NCBI GenBank assembly: GCA_964291675.2
Contig: OZ219865.1
Coordinates: 928,001-992,000, forward strand
Direction: 5' to 3'
DNA: 64,000 nt
Origin: Alphaproteobacteria bacterium
Lineage (GTDB): Bacteria > Pseudomonadota > Alphaproteobacteria > MPNO01
Shown here: positions 10,080-20,096 of the stretch, piece after piece
How the letters are laid out: each line of letters starts with the position of its first letter
How positions within the stretch are numbered: the first letter of the stretch is position 1
Position numbers and translations under genes: made by a program
The notes under the pieces: generated by a model
The model's database searches: none
Told to the model about the DNA's origin: nothing
The model's input: the letters and a program-made list of their open reading frames with translations, nothing else

Positions 10080-10958
10080 ATGGCGCTCGAAATCGTACCG
10101 ACCGAGGCGACGCTGGGCGCGGTGGTGCGCGGGGTCCGGCTCGCGGAGCTCGACGATGCGGACTTCGCCGAGATCGAGCGGGCGTGGCACGACCATGCCG
10201 TTCTGGCGTTTCCGGACCAGAATCTGTCCGGGGCCGAGCAGGTCGCGTTCAGCCGCCGCCTCGGCCCGCTGGAGCGCAGCCTGACGGCCAACAACGTCGG
10301 CGCCGACCCGGAGATCATCGTGCTCTCCAACATGCGCGATGACGGCAGCCTGTGGCCGGCGGGGAGCGCGCACGGGCTGTTCCTCCAGGGCAACAACTAC
10401 TGGCACACCGATTCGTCCTACAAGCGCGTCCCCTCGAAGGGCTCGGCTCTCGCCGCCCGCGCGGTGCCGGCGACCGGCGGCGAGACCGCCTTCGCCGACA
10501 TGCGCGCGGCCTGCGACGCGCTCGACCCCGGCATGCGGGACTACCTGGAGGGCAAGTCCGCGGTGCACAGCTACGCCTACAGCCAGGGCAAGGTCGGCGG
10601 CACCGAGACGCTGAGCGCCGACGAATGGGACGCGCTGCCGCCGGTCGAGCACCCGATCCTGCGCCGCCACCCGGCGACCGGGCGGCACGCGCTCTATATC
10701 GGCCGGCATGCCAGCCACATCGTCGGCGAGGATGAGGACGACAGCCGCGCGCTGCTGGAGCGGCTGTGCGCCGAGGCGTGCCGGGCGCCCCGGGTGTTCG
10801 TCCATCGCTGGCGGGTCGGCGACCTGGTGCTGTGGGACAACCGCTGCGTGCTGCATCGCGGCCTCGGCCACCCGCCCGACCAGGGGCGCTACATGACCCG
10901 CACGACGCTCGCCGGCGACGGCGCGTCCAACGAGTGGTCGCTGCAGGCGAGCGGCTAG
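10080..10958 (+). CDS. TauD/TfdA family 2-oxoglutarate/Fe(II) dioxygenase
   Basis: WHTDSS, GGETAFADM, WDNRCVLHR. Confidence 0.92.
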   Translation: MALEIVPTEATLGAVVRGVRLAELDDADFAEIERAWHDHAVLAFPDQNLSGAEQVAFSRRLGPLERSLTANNVGADPEIIVLSNMRDDGSLWPAGSAHGLFLQGNNYWHTDSSYKRVPSKGSALAARAVPATGGETAFADMRAACDALDPGMRDYLEGKSAVHSYAYSQGKVGGTETLSADEWDALPPVEHPILRRHPATGRHALYIGRHASHIVGEDEDDSRALLERLCAEACRAPRVFVHRWRVGDLVLWDNRCVLHRGLGHPPDQGRYMTRTTLAGDGASNEWSLQASG

Positions 10959-12391
10959 CGCGCCCGGACGCGGCGGCTCAGCAGCCTCGACAGGCGCTGC
11001 GCCCGCACGATGTTGGCGGCGCGCAGGCGGCTGCCGACGGCGGCGCGCAGCCGCGCCGCCTCGTGGTTGCCCCGGTCGGCGGCCAGGTTGTACCAGGCAT
11101 AGGCGCGGACATCGTCTTCGGGCACCCCTCGCCCGGCGTCGTACATCGCCGCCAGGTTGAACTGCGCCTGCACGTCGCCCTGCTCGGCGGCGGCGCGGTA
11201 CCACCGGACGGCGCCGCGGTCGTCCTCGGGCAGGCCGCCCGCGCCGGTGGCGTACATGACGCCGAGCCCGTTCTGCGCGCCGCGATGGCCCTGAACGGCG
11301 GCCGCCCGGTACAGCCGCACCGCCTCGGCGTCGTTCTCCGCCACGCCCTCGCCGTTGTCGTACATGGAGCCGAGATTGAACTGGGCGTGGGGGTTGCCCT
11401 GTTCGGCGGCCAGCCGGTACCACTTGGCCGCCTCGGCGTCGTTCTCCGCCACGCCGATACCGCGGTCGTATCTGAGCCCCAGATTGACCTGGGCGGGCGC
11501 GTAGCCCTGGACGGCAGCCTTGCGGAGCCAGCTCACGGCTTCGGCCTCGTCGCGTGCCACGCCATCGCCGCGGCCGTACAGCGCCGCCAGGCGGAACTGC
11601 GCCCTCGCCGCCCCCTGCGCGGCCGCGAGCCGGTACCAGAAGGCGGCCTCGGCGCGATCCACCGGCACGGCGGTACCCCGGTCGTAGGCGGCGCCGAGGG
11701 CGAGCAGCGCCGGCACGAACCCCTGTCGGGCCGATGTGCGGAACCACTCGACCGCCTCGGCGTCGTCCTGCGACGTTCCGCGCCCGCCGCCATGAACGAC
11801 GCCGAGGTTGAACTGGGCGACCGGGTTCCCCCGTTCGGCCGCCCGGCGGAACCATTCCGCGGCCTCGGCGCGGTTGCGCTCGACGCCGGCGCCGGCGAAG
11901 TACATGACGCCCAGATTGACCTGCGCCGGCACGCTGCCGCCCCGCGCAGCCCTGTGAAACCACCGCACGGCTTCGGCGGTGTCCTCAAGCGGGCCTCCCG
12001 GCGTGCTGAGCAGGAGCGCGAGGTTGAGCTGCGCCTCGACCTTTCCCCGATCGGCCGCCAGGCGATACCACTTGGCGGCTTCGGCCGGGCTGCGCGGCAC
12101 GCCCTGGCCGGTGTCGTACATGTAGCCCACGTGGAACCGCGCCGCCGCATCTCCCTGACGCGCCGCCCGCAGCAGCCAATCGAACGCCTTGACGTAGTCC
12201 TTGACCACGCCGTGGCCGGTGTAGTGCCGAACGCCGATCAGACGCTGGGCCCGGGGATCGAGCGGCTCGCTCGGCAGGGCGGCGCGCTGGGGCGCGCATA
12301 GCGCCGCAAGCAGGACCGGCACGACGGCGGCCGCGCCGGCGCACCGCCTCGCATAGTCCAGACTCGCCCCAACCGCGCCCCCGCGCCGCAT
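10955..12391 (-). CDS. Sel1-like repeat protein (11 repeats), probably exported
   Basis: Eleven ~36-aa AQFNLG.MY..G.GV..D..EA..WY..AA.QG units; hydrophobic N-terminus. Confidence 0.92.
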   Translation of the reverse strand: MRRGGAVGASLDYARRCAGAAAVVPVLLAALCAPQRAALPSEPLDPRAQRLIGVRHYTGHGVVKDYVKAFDWLLRAARQGDAAARFHVGYMYDTGQGVPRSPAEAAKWYRLAADRGKVEAQLNLALLLSTPGGPLEDTAEAVRWFHRAARGGSVPAQVNLGVMYFAGAGVERNRAEAAEWFRRAAERGNPVAQFNLGVVHGGGRGTSQDDAEAVEWFRTSARQGFVPALLALGAAYDRGTAVPVDRAEAAFWYRLAAAQGAARAQFRLAALYGRGDGVARDEAEAVSWLRKAAVQGYAPAQVNLGLRYDRGIGVAENDAEAAKWYRLAAEQGNPHAQFNLGSMYDNGEGVAENDAEAVRLYRAAAVQGHRGAQNGLGVMYATGAGGLPEDDRGAVRWYRAAAEQGDVQAQFNLAAMYDAGRGVPEDDVRAYAWYNLAADRGNHEAARLRAAVGSRLRAANIVRAQRLSRLLSRRVRAR

Positions 12392-12422
12392 GCGGGCATT
12401 GTATTTCTCATCCTCCTACAAC

Positions 12423-14599
12423 TCAAGATTGTATTTGCCCGCTTCGGCCGCCGGCCGCCCGGGCGAGGGCGACGACGTTGCGGATCAGCGCCCGGCCGCG
12501 CCCCGCTTCCAGGCCCAGGATCGACTCCGGGTGGAACTGCACCGCCCAGACCGGCAGCGTCCGGTGCTGCAGCGCCATGGCTACCCCGTCCGCCGTCCGG
12601 GCGACGATCTCCAGCCCCTCGGGCGCCTCGTCCCGGGCAACATAGATCGAATGGTAGCGCCCCACCGAGTAGCGGGCGGGCAGGCCGCGGAAGAGCGGCA
12701 CGGGGTCGGCCTCGATCTCCGACGGCTTGCCGTGCACCGGACAGTCGAGAACCCGCAACCGCGCGCCGAAATACTCGGCGATCCCTTGCAGGCCGAGGCA
12801 GACGCCGAAGACCGGGATGGCGCGCGTCATGCAGGCGCCGACCGTCTCCGCCACGCCGAAATCGGCCGGCTCTCCCGGACCCGGCGACAGCACCGCCAAC
12901 CCGGGCCGGCGCTCGTCGAGCAGCCCGGGGTCGAAGCCGAATCGCAGCGTCTCCACCTTCGCCCCGGCCTGGCGGAAATAGTCGGCCAGCGTATGGACGA
13001 AGGAATCCTCGTGGTCCACCAGCAGCACGTCGAGCCCGGCGCCGATCGCCGCATCGCCGTCTTCGGCCGCCCGCGATGCCGCCGGCGGCTTCAGAACGTC
13101 GAGCAGGGCGGACGCCTTGACGCGGATCTCGTCCTCCTCCTCGGCCGGGTCGGACTCGAACAGCAGCGTCGCCCCCGCCCGGACCGAGGCGATGCCGTCG
13201 CGGATCTGGATCGTGCGCAGCGTGAGCCCGGTATTCATGTTGCCGTTGGCGAAAGCCGCCCCGACCGCGCCGCCGTACCAGCGCCGGGGCGAGCGCTCGC
13301 AATCCTCGACGAACTGCATCGCCCATTTCTTGGGCGCGCCGGTGACCGTCACCGCCCAGGTGTGGGAGAGAAAGCCGTCCAGCGCGTCGAAGCCCTCGCG
13401 AAGCACGCCCTCGACATGATCGACGGTGTGGATCAGCCTGGAATACATCTCGATCTGGCGCCGCCCGATCACCTTCACCGATCCCGGCTCGCAGATTCGC
13501 GACTTGTCGTTGCGGTCGACGTCGGTGCACATGGTGAGCTCGGACTCGTCCTTCTCCGAGTTCAGCAGGGCGCGGACCTGGCGGGCATCGGCGATCGGAT
13601 CGCCGCCGCGCCGGATGGTGCCGGAGATCGGGCAGGTCTCGATGCGCCGCCCCTCGACCCGCACGAACATCTCGGGCGAGGCGCCGATCAGGTACTCTCC
13701 CTCGCCGAGATTGATCAGGAACCCGTAGGGCGCGGGGTTGACCCGCATCAGCCGCCGGAAGATCGCCGACGGGGGCTCGGCGGCGGGCAGCCAGCTGGCG
13801 ATCCCGGGCACCGTCTCGAACAGGTCGCCCGCCCGGAACTTCTCCTTCGCCTGCCGCACGGTGGCGGCGTACTCGCCGGGCGCGTGGTCGCACCCGCCGG
13901 GGCCCGGCGGGGCGAGGCGGAAGGGCTCGTCCGCCCCGCCGCGCGCCATGCCCTCCGTGGTCTCGCCGTCGATCTCGAACTCGTAGGACCGCCACGTCGC
14001 CTCGCCGCGCTGGTGGTCGACGACGAGGATGCGGTCGGGCAAATAGAGAACGAGATCGCGGCTGCCGTCCTCGCGGTTGGTCTTGCGCGCCAGCGGCTCG
14101 AACTGGAAGGCGAGGTTGTAGCCGAACGCGCCGTAGAGGCCGAGGAAGCGCTCGCGCTCCGGCGCGCGGAAGAAGCGCAGGACTTCCCGCAGCAGCGAGA
14201 ACACCGACGGCTGGCGGCTCCGCTGCTCCTCTGGAAACCGCCCGGCGGGCTGGCGGATTTGGAGCCGGAAACCGTCCTCGCAAGCCTCATGCGACTCGAC
14301 GAAATCCCAGCCCGCGGCGCGCGCCCCGAGCGCGCGCGCGAGACCTCGCCCGCGCGGCGACAGCGCCCGCACCCGCGCCGCGCGCCCCGCCGCCGAGATT
14401 TCGAGCGGCGGGTCCACGAAGCCATGTCCCAGCGCGTGTAGCGCCCGGGATACTCGAAATCGGACGACAGCAGCGCGCCGCGCCGCCGGTCGAGCCGGTC
14501 CACCAGGATCATCCGGGCGTTCTCGTAGGTCTCCGGCGCGCTCTCGCTGACGACGCGCACCCCGCCCGGTGTGGCAAAAATCTCCCGTGCCTTCGACAT
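12423..14599 (-). CDS. trpE: Fused anthranilate synthase TrpE(G), frameshifted near 14422
   Basis: N-terminus LLSSDFEYPGRYTRWDM is in one frame; GFVDPPL...GASPEMFVRV...ELTMCTDVDRNDK and the GATase domain (LSPGPG, GVCLG, QFHPES) are in another; one G is missing in ATG-G(G)C. Confidence 0.9.
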
Positions 14600-14645
14600 G
14601 ACCCCTCCGCTTTGCCGGGGTTTCCGGGAGCCATGCCGCCTTGGC

Positions 14646-14678
14646 AAAGGAAAATGGCTGCCCGGGTCCGGCAGCCAT
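14646..14678 (-). terminator. Attenuator terminator upstream of trpE(G)
   Basis: Minus strand ATGGCTGCC-GGACCCG-GGCAGCCAT followed by TTTCCTTT. Confidence 0.85.
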
Positions 14679-14709
14679 CCATGTCACGCGCGAAATGCCG
14701 GCCGCCGAT

Positions 14710-14757
14710 TCAGGCGCGCCGCCACCAGTTCGTCGAGATCGAAACCGCATTCCGCAT
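14710..14757 (-). CDS. trpL: trp leader peptide MRNAVSISTNWWRRA
   Basis: 15-aa ORF with tandem TGG codons directly upstream of a terminator hairpin and trpE(G). Confidence 0.88.
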   Translation of the reverse strand: MRNAVSISTNWWRRA

Positions 14758-14805
14758 GACGGGGCAAGCATACGCGCCGGGCGCCCGGCGTCAACCGGCG
14801 CGACC

Positions 14806-16152
14806 CTATGGCTTGTCTTCAAGGGCGCGGCTCCGGTCGCCGACATGCACCAGCCGGGTCTTCATGGTGGACCGCGGGACGGTGCCCGGCGGCAAGAGCT
14901 CGACGCGGGCGGTGAAGATCAGCTTCTCGCGCAGCGCGGTCTCCAGCGCTTCCGCCAGGCGAGGGAGGTCTCCGGCGGCCTCGCCGTGCTCGACGAGGAT
15001 GTGCAGCGGCGGCTGCACCGCAGGGCCCGGCTTGGGCAACACGATCCGCATCGCCCCGGTGGTCTGGGGGCGGAAGCCGGTCACCACGTCCTGGATCGCC
15101 GACGGCCAGACATTGACGCCGCGCAGGATCAGCAGGTCGTCGGTCCGCCCGACCACCCGGATGCGCGGACCGGTCCGCCCGTTGGCGCACGGGCCGTTCC
15201 TGACGACGACCCGGTCGTGACTGCGGAAGCGCAGCAGCGGCGCCGCCTCGCGGTCGATATGGGTGAACACCATCTCGCCTTCGATCTCGCCGGAATCCAT
15301 CGACAGCACCTCTCCCGTGGCCGGGTCGACGATTTCCATGATCGCCATGTCGGGCGTCAGGAAATGCGCGCCGTCCCGCATGTCGCTCTCGGCGGCATAG
15401 ACCGGGACGACGTCGGCGTTGCCGACCGACTCGGTCACCCGGGCCTGCCAGGTTTCCTCGATATGGCGGCGGATCTCGGGAACGCCGCCGCCCGGCTCGG
15501 CGCCCACCGTCAGCCGCTCGACGCCGAGCCCGGCCACGTCGATGCCGCGCGAGGCGGCCGCCTCCGCCAGATGGAGCGCGTAGGACGGCGTGCAGGCGAG
15601 CGTGTCCGCCCCGATGCGGGCGATGGCGTCGAGCAGCCGGTCGGTCGCGCCCGCGCCGATCGGCAGGAAGGTCGCGCCGAGATCCTCGATCCCCTGGGCC
15701 AGCGGGATGCCGCCCACGAAGAACCCGATGCTGAAGCCCATGGCGACGGTCGACGTCGCGCGCACGCCCTGGCACCAGAACACGCGCCGGATCGCCTCCC
15801 GCCACAGCGCCGAGTCGTGCGCCGTCACCGGGACGTAGGACGGCGCGCCGGTGGTGCCGGACGATGCGTGGACCCGCACGATCCGTTCCCGGCCGGCCGC
15901 CGCGTGATTGCCGAACGGGGGGTGCGACTGCTGGCTCTCGCGCAGCTCCTGCTTGGTGGTGAACGGCAGGCCGGCGAGGTCGTCGACGCTGCGGATATCC
16001 TCGAACGAAGCGCCCGCCTGCGCCAGCTTCCGGGCGACGAACGGGGAGCGCGCCGCGAGGTAGGCCATCTGCGCGCGGAGCTTCGTGTCCTGAAGCGCGC
16101 GCACCTCGTCCGGGCTCGCGGTCTCGACCGGGCTCAAGGCGATGCCGCTCAT
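14806..16152 (-). CDS. Phenylacetate-CoA ligase family (PaaK-like)
   Basis: LPFTTKQELR, VHASSGTTG, CTPSYAL, GAEP, GRTDDLLILRGVNVWPS. Confidence 0.9.
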   Translation of the reverse strand: MSGIALSPVETASPDEVRALQDTKLRAQMAYLAARSPFVARKLAQAGASFEDIRSVDDLAGLPFTTKQELRESQQSHPPFGNHAAAGRERIVRVHASSGTTGAPSYVPVTAHDSALWREAIRRVFWCQGVRATSTVAMGFSIGFFVGGIPLAQGIEDLGATFLPIGAGATDRLLDAIARIGADTLACTPSYALHLAEAAASRGIDVAGLGVERLTVGAEPGGGVPEIRRHIEETWQARVTESVGNADVVPVYAAESDMRDGAHFLTPDMAIMEIVDPATGEVLSMDSGEIEGEMVFTHIDREAAPLLRFRSHDRVVVRNGPCANGRTGPRIRVVGRTDDLLILRGVNVWPSAIQDVVTGFRPQTTGAMRIVLPKPGPAVQPPLHILVEHGEAAGDLPRLAEALETALREKLIFTARVELLPPGTVPRSTMKTRLVHVGDRSRALEDKP

Positions 16153-16415
16153 TCGACCGATGCTCCGTCAAGTCCGACCGCCTCGCACATGCATACGCAG
16201 CTTCTATGCTAAGTATCTGATTCTATGGTAACATATTCCCGCTTCTATCGCCACCGGGCGCCGCGCAACCACGCCGTGCCCGCTCACCTGGTGAGCTACG
16301 GGAAGGTCGTCGACCGAGAGCGGACAACCTCCCTAGCGGCCGACCAGGCGCGCCGTCAAGCGGCTCTACACGAATGGGTCGCCGGGCCGATGGGTCGAAG
16401 CCTTTGCGGTCATTG

Positions 16416-16685
16416 CTACTCTTCCACGACGGAGAGAATACTCTTCGGTTGGAAAAGCGCTGCCGTCGGCCCGCACTTGCCGTAAGCCTCGCTCGATCGA
16501 TTCATCTCGCAAGGCGTTCCCTTGACTTCCGTCAGCGGAGGCAAGCCGAGATGCCATCGTTCCCTGGTTTTCTCCACCACCGCGTCGGGATGAAAGCAGG
16601 TGATGTATGCGTCGCCAAAGTTCGGATCGGCCCCCGAATGCCTGCACTCCGCACAACGCGGAATGTCGGTTCGCTCATCCGTCAT
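16416..16685 (-). CDS. Small Cys-rich hypothetical protein (phage-like)
   Basis: 89 aa with CAEC...C.HP...C...CGP pattern in a lower-GC patch. Confidence 0.6.
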   Translation of the reverse strand: MTDERTDIPRCAECRHSGADPNFGDAYITCFHPDAVVEKTRERWHLGLPPLTEVKGTPCEMNRSSEAYGKCGPTAALFQPKSILSVVEE

Positions 16686-16784
16686 GATCGAGTTCCAAAG
16701 AGTACGATCTTTTCGGCTCCACTTTTCATTTGACCCCCTTCCGGGCCTCGGTCAAGGCTCGCCCGATACCGAATCGGCGGTTTT

Positions 16785-17477
16785 CTACACATGCATGTGC
16801 GCCGCGAGCGTGTTTTCCGTCACCTCCGCCGCCGCGCCCGCGAGCACGACCTCGCCGCGGTCCATGACGATCACCCGGTCGGCGATCGCAAGCGCGAAGG
16901 CGAGATTCTGCTCGACGACCAGCAGCGCCCGCCCCGCGGCCTTCGCCTGGTGCAGGAGCCGCGCCATCCGCTCGACATTCTCCTGCTGCACGCCTTCCGA
17001 GGGCTCGTCGAGCAGCAGCAGCTTCCCGCTCTCGGCGACGCCGCGCACGAAGGAGAGGATCTTGCGTTCGCCGCCGCTCAGCGTCCCGGCCGACTGGTTC
17101 ATGCGCGCTTCGAGGATCGGGAAGGCCGCCAGCAGCGGGGCGTGGCGATGCGCGTCGAACGCCTCCATCAGGCCGAGATTCTCGCGCACCGAGAGGTTGT
17201 CGAACACCGGCCGTTCCTGCGGGCAGTAGACCAGGCCGAGCCGGTGCCGCCGGTCGGGGGCAAGCCCGTCGAGCGATCGCCCGGCGAACTCCACCCCGCC
17301 GGATTGCAGCGGCAGATGCCCGGTGAGCAGGCGCATCAGCGTCGTCTTGCCGACCCCGTTGCGGCCGAGCACGCAGCAGGCCTCACCCGCCGCGACCGCG
17401 CCGTCGACCCCGCGCACGACGGTGGTCGCGCCGTAGCCGCCGGTGACCCCGGCGAAGGAAAACAGCGGACCGTTCAT
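16785..17477 (-). CDS. ABC ATP-binding protein (UrtE/LivF-like)
   Basis: GRNGVGKTT, LSGGE, LLDEPSEG. Confidence 0.92.
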   Translation of the reverse strand: MNGPLFSFAGVTGGYGATTVVRGVDGAVAAGEACCVLGRNGVGKTTLMRLLTGHLPLQSGGVEFAGRSLDGLAPDRRHRLGLVYCPQERPVFDNLSVRENLGLMEAFDAHRHAPLLAAFPILEARMNQSAGTLSGGERKILSFVRGVAESGKLLLLDEPSEGVQQENVERMARLLHQAKAAGRALLVVEQNLAFALAIADRVIVMDRGEVVLAGAAAEVTENTLAAHMHV

Positions 17478-19204
17478 GCCGAGGCTCCGACATAGACGGC
17501 GCGCACCCGCTCGTCCGCCTGGATTTCCGCGACCGTCCCCGAAGCCAGCAGCCGACCCTGATGCAGCACGAAGACGCGGTCGGCCAGCTCCCGCACGAAG
17601 GTCATGTCGTGCTCGACGATCACCGTGCAGGCGTCGAGCCGGGTGCCGACCCAGCGAATCGCCTCGATCACTTCGCGGGTCTCGGCCTGCGACAGGCCGG
17701 CGGACGGCTCGTCGAGCAGGATCAGCCGCGGCTCGGCGATCAGCACCATGACGAGCTCGAGGATCTGGCGCTGGCCGTGCGACAGATCGCCCGCCCTCCG
17801 GTCCTCGTCGGCGAGGAAGGAGAAGCGGGATTGCGCCTCGCGCAGGATCGCGCTCGACCAGGCGTGGCTCCGCATGCGCAGGAGATCCGCCAGGCGGGCG
17901 CGGCCGCCCCACAGGCCGATGTTGAAATTCTCCGCCACGGTGAACTCGGGGAACAGGCTGGGCGCCTGGAACTTGCGGCCGACGCCGATGCGGCTCAGCA
18001 GGTCGGCCGCGGCACCGGTGCGTTCCCGGCCGAAGATCCGCACCCGCCCGCCGCGCACCGGCAGCTCCCCGGTCATCGCGTTGAAGCAGGAGGTCTTGCC
18101 GGCGCCGTTGGGCCCGATCAGGCAGTAGATGCCGGGCCGGTCGATCGCCAGATCGAGCCCTTCGAGGATGCTCACCGAGCCCATGCGGACGCGGATGTCG
18201 TCCAGCGCGAAGCCGGTCCCGACCGGACCGGACGGCCGGTCCGGGCTGTCCAGGCCGCGTGCCTGCGGGCGGCGCCACAGACGCTCGAACCAGGGCTCGA
18301 CGAAGCCCATCAGCCCCTGCCGGAAATACAGCACGACGACGATGAAGATCGCCGCCAGGATGACCTCCCAGTAGGAGATCTCGTCCCGCAGATCGGCGGT
18401 CAGGATGCCGATCAGGACGGCGCCCGCGACCGGGCCGTACAGCGTCGCCCGCCCGCCGACCGCGGCCCAGATCACCAGATCGGCCGACAGGATGAAGCCG
18501 CAGAGCTGCGGCGTGACGAGGTTCTGCTGGGGCGCATAGAGCGCGCCGCCGATGCCGGCGAGCACGCCGCTGATCCCGAACACGGCGGCCTTCGCGTTCT
18601 GCACCGCGAAGCCGCAGAACCGCACCCGCTGCTCGTTCTGCGCGACCGCCCGCCACAATACGCCCGCCGGCGCGCGGCGCAGCCAGGCGATGCCGAGCAC
18701 GCAGACCGCGAGCGCCGCGGCGGAGACGTAGTAGAGATCGACGAAATCGCTCAGCCCGGGCAAGGCCGGGATGTTCTTGAGGCCGTTGAAGCCGCCGGTC
18801 ACGTCGTTCCAGGAGTTGGCGATCTGGAAGGCGAGCAGGGTCAGCGCGAGCGTGATCATGGCGAAGAACGGCCCGGTCAAAGTGCGCCCGCGAAACACCA
18901 GAAGGCCGATCGCCCAGGCCAGCAGGCCTGGCGCCAGCGCCGCCCCCGGCAGCAGGACGAGCAGCAGCCAGCTGTCCTCGAAATGGATCAGCGCAAGACC
19001 GGAGAGATAGGCCGCAAGCCCGAAGAACATCGCCTGTCCCAGCGGCAGCAGCCCCGCCTGGCCCCAGCACAGACCGACGCCGAGCGCGGCGATGGCGTAG
19101 AGGAAATAGAGCGCGAGCGTATAGGCCCAGAACTCGCCCACGAGCTGCGGCAGCACGGCGAGCGCCGCGATCAGGGCGGCGCTATGCGCGAGGAAAGAGG
19201 CCAT
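17474..19204 (-). CDS. Fused ABC permease/ATPase (UrtC-UrtD-like)
   Basis: LivM-type membrane half plus GPNGAGKTS, LSHGQ, LLDEP. Confidence 0.92.
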   Translation of the reverse strand: MASFLAHSAALIAALAVLPQLVGEFWAYTLALYFLYAIAALGVGLCWGQAGLLPLGQAMFFGLAAYLSGLALIHFEDSWLLLVLLPGAALAPGLLAWAIGLLVFRGRTLTGPFFAMITLALTLLAFQIANSWNDVTGGFNGLKNIPALPGLSDFVDLYYVSAAALAVCVLGIAWLRRAPAGVLWRAVAQNEQRVRFCGFAVQNAKAAVFGISGVLAGIGGALYAPQQNLVTPQLCGFILSADLVIWAAVGGRATLYGPVAGAVLIGILTADLRDEISYWEVILAAIFIVVVLYFRQGLMGFVEPWFERLWRRPQARGLDSPDRPSGPVGTGFALDDIRVRMGSVSILEGLDLAIDRPGIYCLIGPNGAGKTSCFNAMTGELPVRGGRVRIFGRERTGAAADLLSRIGVGRKFQAPSLFPEFTVAENFNIGLWGGRARLADLLRMRSHAWSSAILREAQSRFSFLADEDRRAGDLSHGQRQILELVMVLIAEPRLILLDEPSAGLSQAETREVIEAIRWVGTRLDACTVIVEHDMTFVRELADRVFVLHQGRLLASGTVAEIQADERVRAVYVGASA

Positions 19205-20036
19205 TGGGCCTGAGCCAGAGAAACAGGATCGCGATCACCAGCACGGTGGAGTAGCCCCAGGTCCGGTCGGAGACCGCGCTGACGACGCTCTCGACGCCGC
19301 CGATCACGCCCGAGCCCGAGATCAGCCCGACCAGGCTGCCGAGCCCGCCCACCACCAGGACGAAGAAGGACTTGAGGATGAAGTCGAGGCCGAGCGCCGG
19401 ATTGACCGGCAGCAGCGGCGCCAGCATCACCCCCGACAGCGCCGCCAGCCCGCAGCCGAAGACGAAGGTGTTGCGCGCCAGCGCGGTCACCGGAATGCCG
19501 ACCGAGGCGGCGAGCTCCGGGTTGTCGACCACGGCGCGGATGCGCCGCCCGGTGGCGCTGCGGACGAACCACCAGACCAGCCCGGCGACCAGCGCGATGG
19601 ACGCCGCCGTCAGCAGCAGCCGATAGGCCGGGTAGTCCGCGCCCAGCACCTCGACGCTGCCGCTGAGCGGCGTCGCCACGCTGCGAAACCCCCTGCCATA
19701 CACCGCCTCGACCGCCTCGCGCAGCAGCATGCTGAGCCCCCAGGTGGCGAGCAGCGTGTCGAACGGCCGGGCATAGAGCGGCCGCACCAGCACCCGCTCC
19801 ACCACGAGGCCGAGCAAGCCGCAGACCAGCAGCGCCAGCGGCACCGCGGCGAGAAAGGGCAGGTCCTGCGCCTGGACGAAGAAGGCGCAATAGGCGCCGA
19901 TCATGACGAACTCGCCATGCGCGATGTTCATCACGCCGAGCAGCCCGAACACGACGGCGAGGCCGAGCACCACGACGGCGAGCGTCGATACCTCATACAC
20001 CACGTTGAGGACGTTGGTGGTGAGGATCGGATCCAT
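19182..20036 (-). CDS. ABC permease (UrtB/LivH-like)
   Basis: GLAVVFGLLGVMNIAHGEF, LLATWGLS, RPNGLF. Confidence 0.92.
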   Translation of the reverse strand: MDPILTTNVLNVVYEVSTLAVVVLGLAVVFGLLGVMNIAHGEFVMIGAYCAFFVQAQDLPFLAAVPLALLVCGLLGLVVERVLVRPLYARPFDTLLATWGLSMLLREAVEAVYGRGFRSVATPLSGSVEVLGADYPAYRLLLTAASIALVAGLVWWFVRSATGRRIRAVVDNPELAASVGIPVTALARNTFVFGCGLAALSGVMLAPLLPVNPALGLDFILKSFFVLVVGGLGSLVGLISGSGVIGGVESVVSAVSDRTWGYSTVLVIAILFLWLRPNGLFPRA

Positions 20037-20096
20037 CGCGCCCGTCGTCTCAGGCGGCGGCCGGGGGCGCTGCCGGCCGCCGCCGCGCCGGCCGGG

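Noticed and set aside
10955-12391. ~108-bp periodicity as a DNA repeat array or CRISPR
   Set aside because: Explained by Sel1 protein repeats; no identical repeats with unique spacers, no cas genes
14415-14430. Programmed Trp-sensitive frameshift (TGG codon just upstream)
   Set aside because: No slippery sequence; the Trp is a conserved residue of the RYTRWD motif; an indel is simpler
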